In this document: one piece after another, positions 1 to 9,402 of the stretch
Layout of the letters: every line of letters begins with the position of its first letter
Position numbering within the stretch: the first letter of the stretch is position 1
IMG/VR virus record: IMGVR_UViG_3300045988_112234
Location: 51,374-115,373 of that record
Length of the DNA: 64,000 bases
Source: a virus
Direction: 5' to 3' (one strand)
The notes under the pieces: generated by a model
What the model saw: the letters and a program-made list of their open reading frames with translations, nothing else
What the model was told of the DNA's origin: nothing
Database searches by the model: none
Translations under genes and position numbers: made by a program

Positions 1-24
1 TTTTACTGAAGCGCTTTCTGCCAT
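1..24 (-). CDS. 5' end (MAESASVK...) of a minus-strand gene running off the left edge of the window
   Basis: reverse complement of 1-24 reads ATG GCA GAA AGC GCT TCA GTA AAA; no stop before the window edge. Confidence 0.3.
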
Positions 25-296
25 TCTGTTACGCTCCTTCTATAGAAGGAATTTCTATATTTTATTTAATTCCTCTATTGGCGAAGGATGATTAATAATA
101 TAATATAATGTGTATTATATTATTAACGGAGAAAATTCTTCGATTTTCTCTCTCTATGTTACCATAGAGTTCGGACTATTGCATATTTTAAATAAATTTA
201 TTTAAAATTCTCTTTATTTAGTCTCTCAGGCTGCCCATAATTATAATAATTATTGCTTGCCCCTCGTTGTCCTTAATTTAAGGAGTTTCGAGTCAA

Positions 297-2066
297 TTAA
301 AAGAGATTTATAGTGCCCACACGTCTAGGCACTTGTTCAGTATTAAATTGAGCTGTTTTAGTTTTATGTTTCTTATTCTGTTCTTTTATAGTACTGAATA
401 TCAATTTACAGAATGTCTTATAATAAATATTATTATTACATTCCATTCCTAAGTATTCAGCAGCCTGATTTAAGCCATTAATTCCAATAGTTAAATACTG
501 TTTATCAAGATTAATAAAACCAGCATCATAAGCAGCATATAAATGATGATCTTTGCACCAATGCATTAAGTCGTTATAAGCATACTGATATAAATAAACT
601 CTTTCAAGAATATTTTCTATATATTTCTTAATTCCTTCTTGGAAGTCTTTATGTGTAATCCAATCTACTGGGAAACAACATTTATTGGTATTAGCATCAA
701 TATGGTCTTTATAATCAGACCAAGTATGCTGCCAATCTTGAATAATTCTATTTAAATCAAGAGTGATAACATTCTTACTACCAGTCATTATACCTATTTG
801 ACCATTAGTAGTATTAAATGTATTTTCTTGTACGGCATTCTGTAAACGACAACATGAACTTAAACTATCTACACTACGAGACAAATAAGTAAAGAAAGAA
901 TTTCCTTGAGCATATTCACTGCATATAAAATGGAAAGTATCTAAATCTTTAAAATTACCTTCCTTATCTGTTAAGCAAGCATAACTACATACAGGAAATG
1001 TTAAGATACATTTTAATCTTTCTTGATTTAACCAATGTAAATAACGTCTTTGTAACCAATTAGTAGAATTCCATTCTGGCTTTGTTCCATCTGGAAATAC
1101 AAATTCTCCAAACATACCTTCAAAGAAATATTTATCGAAGAATGAAAAATTTGTAAATGGAGACTGCATTCCTCTAGCTCCCGCTATTTGATTAATGGAA
1201 TAAGTTACCTGTTGGAAATATTGATCAATTTGACTACCAATAGTTTTTTGTTTTATACAATAGTCTGTAGTTATTTTTACACTTGGTTTGAGATAATAAT
1301 TATTTCCCCATTCTTTTCTACAGAAATAATCCATATACATCAGAAACTCAGGAGTAGCTACTGCTCCTTTAATTTCAGAGGCTAATGCAAAGTTTAAATT
1401 TACATAAATACCACAGAATGAATCAAGGTTCTTTGGAACAGCTGATTTACCTCCTAATTTCTCTAATCCAAACAACAAGAAAGGATACATAGAAGCTGCC
1501 ATACAATATGGTTCCCCTACTTGAGAAGATGAGTCATGAGGATACAAAATAGTTTTAAAGTCATTCCTCATAACTTTTATATTAAAGTTAGGGTCTCTCT
1601 TCTTTACAAAACTTTCCCACCATTCTGTATTAGTAAGTTTATTATCGACTTTATGTATTTCAGCGTTTAATACTCCAATACCTTTAGTTCCAACATTACT
1701 ATTATCATCAATAGTAGCATTAGCAGTATTATCAGATTTTACAAAATTATGAATAAATTTAATATCCCTAATAGCATGATTTCTAATATCTTCACGTTCT
1801 TTACGATATAGAATATATTTTTTAGCTACGTTGTAATATCCTAAATCCATTAAGAGTTCTTCAATTTGGTCTTGAATATCCTCAATAGATTGATCTTTAG
1901 TCTCTACTACAGAATTAGTTATTTCAGTAACTGCTCTGTAAATATCTTCGTCCATTGTCTTACTAGAATTTTGGGTAATTCCAAAAGCCTTTAGTACAGC
2001 ATCTCTAATTTTGTTTCTGTTAAACTCTTCTTTAATTCCGTCTCTCTTTATTACCATAAATAACAT
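297..2066 (-). CDS. nrdD: class III anaerobic ribonucleoside-triphosphate reductase (NrdD-like), N-terminal ATP-cone; C-terminal Zn-ribbon/glycyl-radical region not present in the ORF
   Basis: ATP-cone MVIKRDGIKEEFNRNKIRDAVLKA; core motif CRLQ...GIMTGSKNVITLDLNRI aligns with T4 NrdD GCRSF...GVVTLNLPRI; ORF ends about 110-190 aa short of full-length NrdD. Confidence 0.7.
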   Translation of the reverse strand: MLFMVIKRDGIKEEFNRNKIRDAVLKAFGITQNSSKTMDEDIYRAVTEITNSVVETKDQSIEDIQDQIEELLMDLGYYNVAKKYILYRKEREDIRNHAIRDIKFIHNFVKSDNTANATIDDNSNVGTKGIGVLNAEIHKVDNKLTNTEWWESFVKKRDPNFNIKVMRNDFKTILYPHDSSSQVGEPYCMAASMYPFLLFGLEKLGGKSAVPKNLDSFCGIYVNLNFALASEIKGAVATPEFLMYMDYFCRKEWGNNYYLKPSVKITTDYCIKQKTIGSQIDQYFQQVTYSINQIAGARGMQSPFTNFSFFDKYFFEGMFGEFVFPDGTKPEWNSTNWLQRRYLHWLNQERLKCILTFPVCSYACLTDKEGNFKDLDTFHFICSEYAQGNSFFTYLSRSVDSLSSCCRLQNAVQENTFNTTNGQIGIMTGSKNVITLDLNRIIQDWQHTWSDYKDHIDANTNKCCFPVDWITHKDFQEGIKKYIENILERVYLYQYAYNDLMHWCKDHHLYAAYDAGFINLDKQYLTIGINGLNQAAEYLGMECNNNIYYKTFCKLIFSTIKEQNKKHKTKTAQFNTEQVPRRVGTINLF

Positions 2067-2163
2067 TTATAAATTAACATTTTAAATCATCTACGAAATA
2101 AGCACTATAATACTAGTACTGAACTAATAATATAGTGCTTATATAGTTATTTCAAAATATTTT

Positions 2164-2958
2164 TTACAAAGTTAAAATGCTGTTTACTAGTAAAGTTTTC
2201 TCAACCTGATTCATAATATCCTTTTTCATAGAATCAGTTATAATTTGAGTGAATGCATTATATACAGTAAACATATTTGCGTTATCATCTGATATAAGAT
2301 ATGGACTATCTTTTTTATCAAATAATAATTTATAAGCATCAATAGGAGTTGATGTAGCTAATTTTACTTTACCAAAACCATTATCAACAGATTCAGACAT
2401 ACAGTTACGAATCCATCTACCCAAATGTTCATTTACAAAACTTTTATTAGTATAGTCAAAATCTGTATCTGCAAAACGTCTGAGAGTAACTCCTATCTCT
2501 GTAGTTTGCTCTACAAGTCTTGTAATTGGCTTAAAGTCAATAGGAGTCTCGGGTTCTATTTCATTAACTACTAAACTGTCTGGATTAAACACACAAAGGT
2601 TAGTGCAAGCAGAATTTACGGCACCTGAGTATATTTTTACAACAGCTTTTCTAGTATCTAGACCATATACCATACCAATTACTTGCTGATGATTAGCATA
2701 TTGATATTCATTTGGTAATACTGCTTCCAACCATACTCTATTAAAAGTTAAATCAGCAGTATCTATGTCACCATTTTTATTATAAGTGATTTGATCAGGT
2801 AATTTTACATGTACTCTAATATCAGAAGTTAATTTTTGAACTCTTTCTAGAAAAGGCTCAATATATCCTCTAGTAGGAAGATAATCTTTACCTTTAATAC
2901 TAGTAGCTTTTCCTTTTAATACTTCTTCTAAAGTAAATTCAGTTGGCATTCTCTCCAT
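2164..2958 (-). CDS. hypothetical protein (264 aa)
   Basis: long ORF in compact minus-strand array. Confidence 0.6.
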   Translation of the reverse strand: MERMPTEFTLEEVLKGKATSIKGKDYLPTRGYIEPFLERVQKLTSDIRVHVKLPDQITYNKNGDIDTADLTFNRVWLEAVLPNEYQYANHQQVIGMVYGLDTRKAVVKIYSGAVNSACTNLCVFNPDSLVVNEIEPETPIDFKPITRLVEQTTEIGVTLRRFADTDFDYTNKSFVNEHLGRWIRNCMSESVDNGFGKVKLATSTPIDAYKLLFDKKDSPYLISDDNANMFTVYNAFTQIITDSMKKDIMNQVEKTLLVNSILTL

Positions 2959-3175
2959 TGTATGTGAAAAACATTATATTATCAATAATTTCTTTATCTA
3001 ATAATTTTTGTACTAAATTATGGGGAGTATCTTCCGTATAATTAACTTTATTTATATCTACACTAGTAATATATATCCACTTACTCCCGTTGTATAATAT
3101 TTGTCCACAGGGATATGAATTTTTATAGCAGATAAGTAGTGTCTTGTTATCTTTAGTAATGTCATTAGTTACCAT
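2939..3175 (-). CDS. hypothetical protein (78 aa)
   Basis: ORF overlapping neighbours by a few codons, operon-like packing. Confidence 0.45.
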   Translation of the reverse strand: MVTNDITKDNKTLLICYKNSYPCGQILYNGSKWIYITSVDINKVNYTEDTPHNLVQKLLDKEIIDNIMFFTYNGENAN

Positions 3176-3789
3176 TTTAATGTAGCAAGAAATTCTTCAT
3201 CAGATACTTTTTCAAAATCTCCATCCCCATAAATAACATCTGCGATATTATATTCTACTATTTTAAACTCTGGCTTGCCATGACTATGCCAATATTCTGT
3301 AACATGTTTTGCATTACAATTGGGACTAGGACCTAATGCAATACTACAAGAAAATTTATTAGTTTCATAGCAATGTCCTTTATAAAAGTTTTGACATTTC
3401 TTTATATAGTCAATAATAGTATCAACTTCTCCTGGGCAAGTAATAACTTCTTTTAGTGGGAGAACTTTTTTATAATCTCTATAAGCAGGTTTATCAGGAG
3501 TAGCTTTTTTATAGTCATCTTCTACACCTCCTTCTAAAAGTTGCTTAATTAATATTTCAAAAGTATCATCCCAAGTATCCTTAATACCATATGCATACAT
3601 ATAAGTATCTCTTATATAATTAAAATTATCTTGAGATAAATAATGTCTAGCATATAAAGGATATTCTGTACTATCTTTAAATCCCTTCTTAATAAGCTCA
3701 TCCAAATCTATAGAAGGCTGAGCCCATCTATACATTTCTACAAAACACTTATGTAAAGCTTCCTGTAAAACGTCTTCTCTATCAATCAT
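3169..3789 (-). CDS. hypothetical protein (206 aa)
   Basis: long ORF, start overlaps upstream stop. Confidence 0.6.
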   Translation of the reverse strand: MIDREDVLQEALHKCFVEMYRWAQPSIDLDELIKKGFKDSTEYPLYARHYLSQDNFNYIRDTYMYAYGIKDTWDDTFEILIKQLLEGGVEDDYKKATPDKPAYRDYKKVLPLKEVITCPGEVDTIIDYIKKCQNFYKGHCYETNKFSCSIALGPSPNCNAKHVTEYWHSHGKPEFKIVEYNIADVIYGDGDFEKVSDEEFLATLKW

Positions 3790-4066
3790 CGTTATTAGTA
3801 TAAAATTCTAATAATTTAAAACTATCTGCTATATGTTTAATATCTATTAATTCATTGACTACTTCTAATAATGTATCTATACATGTATCAAATTGAGCAT
3901 TATCTATATTGTCATAAAAATACCACAACTCGGTATCTGAGCAATATGAAATTCTTCCTACAGCCATACCTTCTTTGTAAACAATAATTATGCCTTTATA
4001 ATCATTAGTAATAGCTGCTAAGTCTATAGTGTATTCACTATTTTTAGGAATAGTAATATATTTCAT
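3782..4066 (-). CDS. hypothetical protein, tandem paralog A (94 aa)
   Basis: shares ...ADSFKL... C-terminus and overall pattern with 4070-4333. Confidence 0.55.
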   Translation of the reverse strand: MKYITIPKNSEYTIDLAAITNDYKGIIIVYKEGMAVGRISYCSDTELWYFYDNIDNAQFDTCIDTLLEVVNELIDIKHIADSFKLLEFYTNNDD

Positions 4067-4069
4067 TAT

Positions 4070-4333
4070 TTAAAAATCAACTAATTTAAAACTATCGGCG
4101 TAATTACTAGCTATTACGTTTCTTAGTAAAGCTAATAAATTTTCGTCTCGTTTGTAACTACAGTTTATAGTAATATCATCTAAGTATACCCACTCATTAT
4201 TATCATCGTCATATCCAATAAATCCTATTGGTTTATTACCTTTGTATGCTAAGATAATACCTTCAGTATTTGTATCTATAGCAGAGATGTCTATAGATTT
4301 ATCGGATGTTTCTGGAAGTCTTATGTCCTTCAT
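4070..4333 (-). CDS. hypothetical protein, tandem paralog B (87 aa)
   Basis: paralog of 3782-4066. Confidence 0.55.
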   Translation of the reverse strand: MKDIRLPETSDKSIDISAIDTNTEGIILAYKGNKPIGFIGYDDDNNEWVYLDDITINCSYKRDENLLALLRNVIASNYADSFKLVDF

Positions 4334-4647
4334 TAATTATTTCCTTTAATAGTTCCCATCAAAATATCTTTATCTTTTACAATAGTATAATTAATACTCC
4401 ATTTAGTATGTCCAAAATTAGCTGTAATATAATTACTACTACCATACATACTACCTACTGATATATAATCAAATCGTTTACCAGTAGTATAAGCATAATT
4501 ATGAAGATCACCTTTTACTACATAAATATGAGGACTACATATACCTTTTTCTGCTATATAATTAGCAAAGAATAATTCAGTCTGAGGATTTAAAGTAAGA
4601 GGAAATTGTCTAGTCTGAGAATTATTATCTTTCAGTTTTGTTATCAT
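4333..4647 (-). CDS. calcineurin-like metallophosphoesterase, C-terminal segment (motifs GDLHNY and GHTKWS)
   Basis: GD.H and GH.H-type motifs typical of the C-terminal half of Mre11/SbcD-type phosphoesterases; complements 4879-6126. Confidence 0.6.
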   Translation of the reverse strand: MITKLKDNNSQTRQFPLTLNPQTELFFANYIAEKGICSPHIYVVKGDLHNYAYTTGKRFDYISVGSMYGSSNYITANFGHTKWSINYTIVKDKDILMGTIKGNN

Positions 4648-4878
4648 ACAGCTTTTTATCTGTATTTCTATAGTTTCTTATTTACTATAGCTCGGCGTAC
4701 ATATTCACCTCCACCTTTACGTGCTGAGGGCAAACCACTCTTGGAACTATTTTATTCTGATTTCTCAGGTTCAAGTTCTACGCTCTACGATGCTACAGAC
4801 TCTTTAGTTTCTGTAGTTATCTCGGTATTAGCATCACAGCCTTCACCGATATTGGTTTGTTTTAACATATTTGATTTC
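4648..4878 (-). other. 230-bp GC-richer non-coding insert separating the two halves of the phosphoesterase gene (candidate small intron, ncRNA, or split-gene spacer)
   Basis: local GC jump (agctcggcgtacatattcacctccacctttacgtgctgagggcaaacc); 7-bp hairpin ctacaga...tctgtag; no ORF. Confidence 0.35.
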
Positions 4879-6126
4879 TCAAATATACGGCAAAACTCTA
4901 CCGTGAGCATACAGGAATTGATGATCTCCAATAATAAAATTATCAATAGGATAGTTACTAATATAACTCTTAACATTATATTTAGTTAAATATGCAGCTA
5001 AGAGTTTTTGATTTAACCATTCAAAATCCCCACCATGATTAGATTCTCCTATAGAGAGATAATTAAAATCTTCACTTTTTACTTTTACTGTAAGAGTAGC
5101 AAAGAACTCCATCATACACTCTATAAATGCTTCACTAATTTCTTTATTATCAAGAATCTCAGGAAGCTCATGACCCCCTCTAGTAGTTTCTTTATTGAAC
5201 CCATCAATAGAATCTCCAAGATTAACTACATATACAGAATGATATTCTTGTCCCACAAAAGATTCCACAATTCTAGATAATCTAGATTTAATTTCTGGAA
5301 CATCATAAGAAGGTAACTGTACAAAACTACTATATTTAGCATTATAAGCTCCGATATGTAAATCAGATAACCATATAATTAAATCAGGATATTTCGCTTC
5401 TTTATTATTAATATTTACTGGAAGCTCTTTATAATCCTTTACTGTATTTTTAATAGTGTCTTCTATAAGTTCCTTATTTAAAGACTTAGAGGTTTCCTTA
5501 GTTAACTTAGTAACTAAAGCTCTTAAATCCTTTACCTCATCTTTCTCTATTCTTTTTAAGAAATCATTCTCTTTTTCCCTAAGATGCATTTCTTTTAATT
5601 CATCCTCAGTATATTCTTCATACATATGAGGAGCAAATGGAGAGGATGCTTTAGTAATATTAAAAGCTCGTAAAATTCTTTTAAAGTCAATAAGAGAATA
5701 ATCTGGGAAATATCTGCTGACAATCTGCTGGGTTAAACCAGAACCGTAATAAGTATACATTCTATATACACTATTCATTTCGTTTCTAGTAAAGACTCCT
5801 GTGATTGCGGGCTTATTTCTTCTGAAAATCTCAAACTTATATCCAGTAATTTTACCAGTCTCCTCGTCTCTTATTTCCCAAGTATTAGAAGCATCATCTG
5901 TATCTTTCTTTACTTCTTTTTTCTTAGTATCCTTTAGTCTATCATATAATTCCAATATCTTCTTGTCATCTTCATCTTTATTTTCTTTCTTTCTAAGATT
6001 TCTCATTGTAATATATACAGTATTTATATTTTTTCCTGATATAGTACACTGAGCTTTTAAAGAACGATTATTATTAATTGCATCATTAAAGAACTTAATA
6101 TAAGAAGATTTTGTTGCTTGTTTCAT
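4879..6126 (-). CDS. calcineurin-like metallophosphoesterase, N-terminal segment (K/E-rich N-domain plus motifs I-III)
   Basis: SDLHIG (GDxHG-type), LGDSIDG (GDxxDRG-type), GESNHGG (GNHD/E-type). Confidence 0.65.
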   Translation of the reverse strand: MKQATKSSYIKFFNDAINNNRSLKAQCTISGKNINTVYITMRNLRKKENKDEDDKKILELYDRLKDTKKKEVKKDTDDASNTWEIRDEETGKITGYKFEIFRRNKPAITGVFTRNEMNSVYRMYTYYGSGLTQQIVSRYFPDYSLIDFKRILRAFNITKASSPFAPHMYEEYTEDELKEMHLREKENDFLKRIEKDEVKDLRALVTKLTKETSKSLNKELIEDTIKNTVKDYKELPVNINNKEAKYPDLIIWLSDLHIGAYNAKYSSFVQLPSYDVPEIKSRLSRIVESFVGQEYHSVYVVNLGDSIDGFNKETTRGGHELPEILDNKEISEAFIECMMEFFATLTVKVKSEDFNYLSIGESNHGGDFEWLNQKLLAAYLTKYNVKSYISNYPIDNFIIGDHQFLYAHGRVLPYI

Positions 6127-6198
6127 ACTTTTTTAAAAATTAGATAGCTGTTACGCCTTTATAAATAAAAGTATCTAGTAAAATAAAAGGTATCTAAA

Positions 6199-6235
6199 TT
6201 AAAAAAAGGCAGATACTCTCGCGAGCACCTGCCTT
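6199..6235 (-). terminator. rho-independent terminator (aaggcag...ctgcctt stem followed by T-run on minus strand)
   Basis: 7-bp GC-containing stem with 14-nt loop and TTTTTTT on the transcribed strand, directly after the TAA of 6234-7229. Confidence 0.6.
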
Positions 6236-7229
6236 AAATTATATTAAATATGTTTATATCTGTAGAATTATAAGGAATTTCATAATGATTATTTACAAAT
6301 GCTTTATATCTTAAGTATTTTCTAGTTAGATATATTGAGCAATTATCATATAAATAATGTAAGAACTCAATACTTTCTGATTTTTTAAGTTTTAAATTGT
6401 AATAATCATGTACAGTATGGCACAACTAAATTAAGCTATTATTTTGATTACTATATTCCGCTATTTTAGTTACTAACTGTAAAGTTCCAAGTACTGAACA
6501 TCTAGGAACTATTCCATATTTATATTTATTATAACTAATACAACCATCACCATCGAAATATCCCCTAATAAAATGTCTAATTAAATCTTTGGATTTAAAG
6601 ATATTTTCATCAGGAAATTTAAGAGTTAAGGATTTATTAGGAGTACATACATATTTATTTAAAGTCTGCCACAAATGTTTATTAGAGGCTGCCCAAATAC
6701 AACTATTAGTATTTTGTCTTATATTAACTGTTCCAGACATAAAAGTATTAAATTTATGTAAATGCTCAATATCAGAATTTTTTAAAGTTATATTTAAAGT
6801 GTACGTCTAAATTTTTTTAGTAACAGTCTTAATATTACCATCAGCATAAATGAACCCTAACCAATACGCTTTTTCTTCAGTATCAATAGAATCAAATATA
6901 GTTTCTGATATCCTAGATTCAATCTGCTTATTTTTAATATTGTAACCTAAATTTTTTAACTTTTCAGATAATGTAGTTCTACTAGTATGATAAACATCTG
7001 CTAAATATCTAAGACTTTTTCCTTCCTTCCAAGGTTTTATTATATCTTTATCAAAATCTTTTATTAATGATTTCTTAGGATTATGCTAAGTTATATTCCA
7101 AGTTCTTAGATTTTCTAAAATAGAATTTTTAGAGACTTTATATTTTTCACTAAGTTCAGTTATTGAAATTCCATCAATATAATCCTATATTAGATTTTGT
7201 TTAATATTATTTAAATCTTTCCTAAACAT
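6234..7229 (-). CDS. LAGLIDADG homing endonuclease paralog with N-terminal HTH; intact 331-codon reading frame only if four in-frame TAG codons (7185, 7086, 6807, 6426) are read through
   Basis: ATG at 7227-7229, TAA at 6234-6236, no TAA/TGA in frame. Translation MFRKDLNNIKQNLI*DYIDG...DTEEKAYWLGFIYADGN...LIRHFIRGYFDGDGC... is colinear with the standard-code paralog 17132-18088. The ORF track breaks it at each TAG. Confidence 0.7.
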
Positions 7230-7233
7230 AAAT

Positions 7234-7253
7234 AGGGAGGATTACTCCTCCCT
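7234..7253 (-). terminator. hairpin agggagg-agtaat-cctccct between 7260-7940 and the recoded endonuclease gene; also carries a GGAGG just upstream of its ATG
   Basis: perfect 7-bp inverted repeat. Confidence 0.4.
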
Positions 7254-7259
7254 AAAATA

Positions 7260-7940
7260 TTAAAATTCCAAACCAAAAACCATCCATCTTCCATTACGAG
7301 TACTCTTAGATGGAGTATAAGTTACAGTAGCTACTACTGGGTCAGAGCCAATAGACTCCTTACCCTGAACGATATCGATCTGACCCTTAAAGCCCTTCTT
7401 AATAAGTTCCTTAGCCATTTCCTTAGCTGCGGTCTTAGTAGGACGAATAACCTTTGTATCTTGCTCAACACGACCAGTATCGTTACCATCCTTATCAAGA
7501 ATTGGCTCGCCAGCCTTCTCATTCTTTACACGCTCAGACTTCAAAGTCTTCAGTACTTCCTTTGTATTGTGGTCTACCAAATCAAACTTCTTCTGAGTAT
7601 CACGCTTACCCTCAGTCTTAATATCAACAACCTTCCAAGGACGCTCACGTGTACTTGCAACAGCACTAGAAAGAGTTACAATGAAACCACTACCAGGAGC
7701 ATTCTTAGTCTTTTTCTTCAAATACTCCAGCTTAAATTCCTTCTCATCATTAGAAGTTACTTTAGCACTCTTCTCATGGAACTTCTTCCATGCCTGTGTT
7801 GCATCACCATTAATATGAAAATTCTCTTTCTCTACCTGTGCTACTGCTGCTTCCTTTGTTTCTGCACTTACTTCAAAACTCTTAAAATTAAAAATTTCAC
7901 TCATTTTCAAAAATATATTAACATTAATTCTTATTATCAA
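7260..7940 (-). CDS. hypothetical protein (likely true start MSEIF... near 7904); GC-richer than surroundings
   Basis: long ORF, conserved-looking K/E-rich sequence. Confidence 0.6.
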   Translation of the reverse strand: MIIRINVNIFLKMSEIFNFKSFEVSAETKEAAVAQVEKENFHINGDATQAWKKFHEKSAKVTSNDEKEFKLEYLKKKTKNAPGSGFIVTLSSAVASTRERPWKVVDIKTEGKRDTQKKFDLVDHNTKEVLKTLKSERVKNEKAGEPILDKDGNDTGRVEQDTKVIRPTKTAAKEMAKELIKKGFKGQIDIVQGKESIGSDPVVATVTYTPSKSTRNGRWMVFGLEF

Positions 7941-8033
7941 ATCATCTGCGATGTTTTTTCTTTATCTTTGTAGGGCTAATATAATCTATATTTTTTGCCT
8001 CCAAAAAGAAAATTATAAAAAAAAATAATTTTT

Positions 8034-8393
8034 TTAGAATGGAAGAAATTTTCCCATTAATTCTCTTATTTTTGTTGGCATATCTTTTGGTTGCACGCCA
8101 AATGTTGGAAAATCGGTACATCCATATGAAAAATCCTCAGTGATGATAGCAATAGCTTGTATTATATCTTCATCAAGACCTGTTTTTTCTGCTAATTTAG
8201 CAGTTACTTCATAATAAGTAACTCCAGGTTTTTTCTTCTTCATAGAATTTACCATATATCCAAGTAATGATATAAGTGCAAATTTTAAATTTATACTTTC
8301 CCCTAAAGACCCTAAACTAAAGTATTTACGATATAAATCGGAAAGTTTAGTATAATCAGGTCTCTTGAGTAATTCCGAATCCCTCATAACCAT
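8034..8393 (-). CDS. hypothetical protein (119 aa)
   Basis: ORF in array. Confidence 0.55.
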   Translation of the reverse strand: MVMRDSELLKRPDYTKLSDLYRKYFSLGSLGESINLKFALISLLGYMVNSMKKKKPGVTYYEVTAKLAEKTGLDEDIIQAIAIITEDFSYGCTDFPTFGVQPKDMPTKIRELMGKFLPF

Positions 8394-9402
8394 GCATACA
8401 ATAGAATGCTACTAATTTAAGAAGGTGAGTAAACTCTTTAAATCCTTTATTAAAAAGTTCTCTAGTCATAGGAACTACTTTAGTATTAAAATTTGGAATA
8501 GTTTCTACTACTAAGAAATTACTTCTAATTTTAGGATTCTCAATGTTATAATTCTTCTTAGCAGCCATAGTTAATAACCAACTATATAAAGCCATCTCTC
8601 TATAATAGTGATATTTAATAAGAGCTCCTTTAGCAAAGTTATTTATTAAATCTCCTGTGGTTTTTAAATCATTTACAGTGATTATTCCTTCTTCTTTATC
8701 TATACTATAGTTATCAAGTTTAGACTTAATTTTTAGTATAAAAGGTTTATGCTCTGGAGCCTCTACTAAAACATCTATAAGGAAAGCTATTTCATTACCA
8801 ATAATTGGTTGTTCTAGTAATCCTTCAGGGTTTAGTAAAGATTGAATTTGTGTATCACTATCTAGGGACTCTAGACAGACTTTCAGTTTAGCATGATTTT
8901 TAGGATCTGTAAATATTGGTGTTCTAGCATCATTATTTTCTTTTTCAAAAGCTTTTCTATTACACCAGTATTGAGCACAGTCTGCTAACACTTTTTCTAT
9001 TTTTTTATCTGACATTTTATCTTTATAATAATCACATTTATCAGATGCTTCTAATATAATATCATTAGTAACATTGATACCTTGTGTTTTCTTATAAATA
9101 TAGTCTGCCATTGACCCCATTTTAGCAGTAGGTCTGCTAACATCTGTTAGAAAGAAGTCATCAGGTTGTAAAACTAAAGTATGTAACCAACTACCAAATT
9201 CCAAACTAGTTGTATTTAACTTAGTCTTACCCCAATTATCAAAGAACTCTGTTGGAGAACCATCTTGATCTGGATTTATCTTAGATAATCTAGAGTTTGA
9301 GATATAATTATTATACTTTTCTGAGAAATAAGTATTATCATCAATATCTTCAACTCTTAAAGTCTCTATCAGAGGTTTAATAGAAATTTGACTTAATTTC
9401 AC
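8356..9402 (-). CDS. hypothetical protein (348 aa), possibly a nuclease
   Basis: long ORF; weak D...D/E.K-like pattern only. Confidence 0.55.
   Translation of the reverse strand: MKLSQISIKPLIETLRVEDIDDNTYFSEKYNNYISNSRLSKINPDQDGSPTEFFDNWGKTKLNTTSLEFGSWLHTLVLQPDDFFLTDVSRPTAKMGSMADYIYKKTQGINVTNDIILEASDKCDYYKDKMSDKKIEKVLADCAQYWCNRKAFEKENNDARTPIFTDPKNHAKLKVCLESLDSDTQIQSLLNPEGLLEQPIIGNEIAFLIDVLVEAPEHKPFILKIKSKLDNYSIDKEEGIITVNDLKTTGDLINNFAKGALIKYHYYREMALYSWLLTMAAKKNYNIENPKIRSNFLVVETIPNFNTKVVPMTRELFNKGFKEFTHLLKLVAFYCMHGYEGFGITQET

Noticed and set aside
1188-1385. Plus-strand ORFs from the track inside long minus-strand genes (also 4606-4989, 5035-5280, 5801-6052, 6589-6810, 7461-7973, 12300-12500, 12759-12977, 13062-13319, 14556-14792, 16520-16873, 18714-18923, 24790-25159, 25549-25830, 32979-33197, 33397-33588, 34148-34974, 40422-40685, 42696-42902, 43575-43913, 44350-44562, 44739-44993, 45078-45269, 45591-45845, 57209-57489, 57676-57951)
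   Set aside because: They are antisense to well-supported genes, have low-complexity I/L/F/S-rich translations typical of AT-rich antisense frames, and lack an operon context.
6130-7250. First impression: a fragmented LAGLIDADG pseudogene (track splits it into 6234-6425 and 6426-6740, rest ORF-less)
   Set aside because: Every interruption is a TAG and the frame is otherwise intact from ATG to TAA, with its own terminator. It is re-interpreted as a TAG-recoded functional gene.
7334-7522. Minus-strand ORFs 7334-7522 and 11881-12075
   Set aside because: They are alternative frames embedded in, or overlapping, much longer ORFs (7260-7940 and 11927-12697) and have Arg/Leu-rich junk composition.
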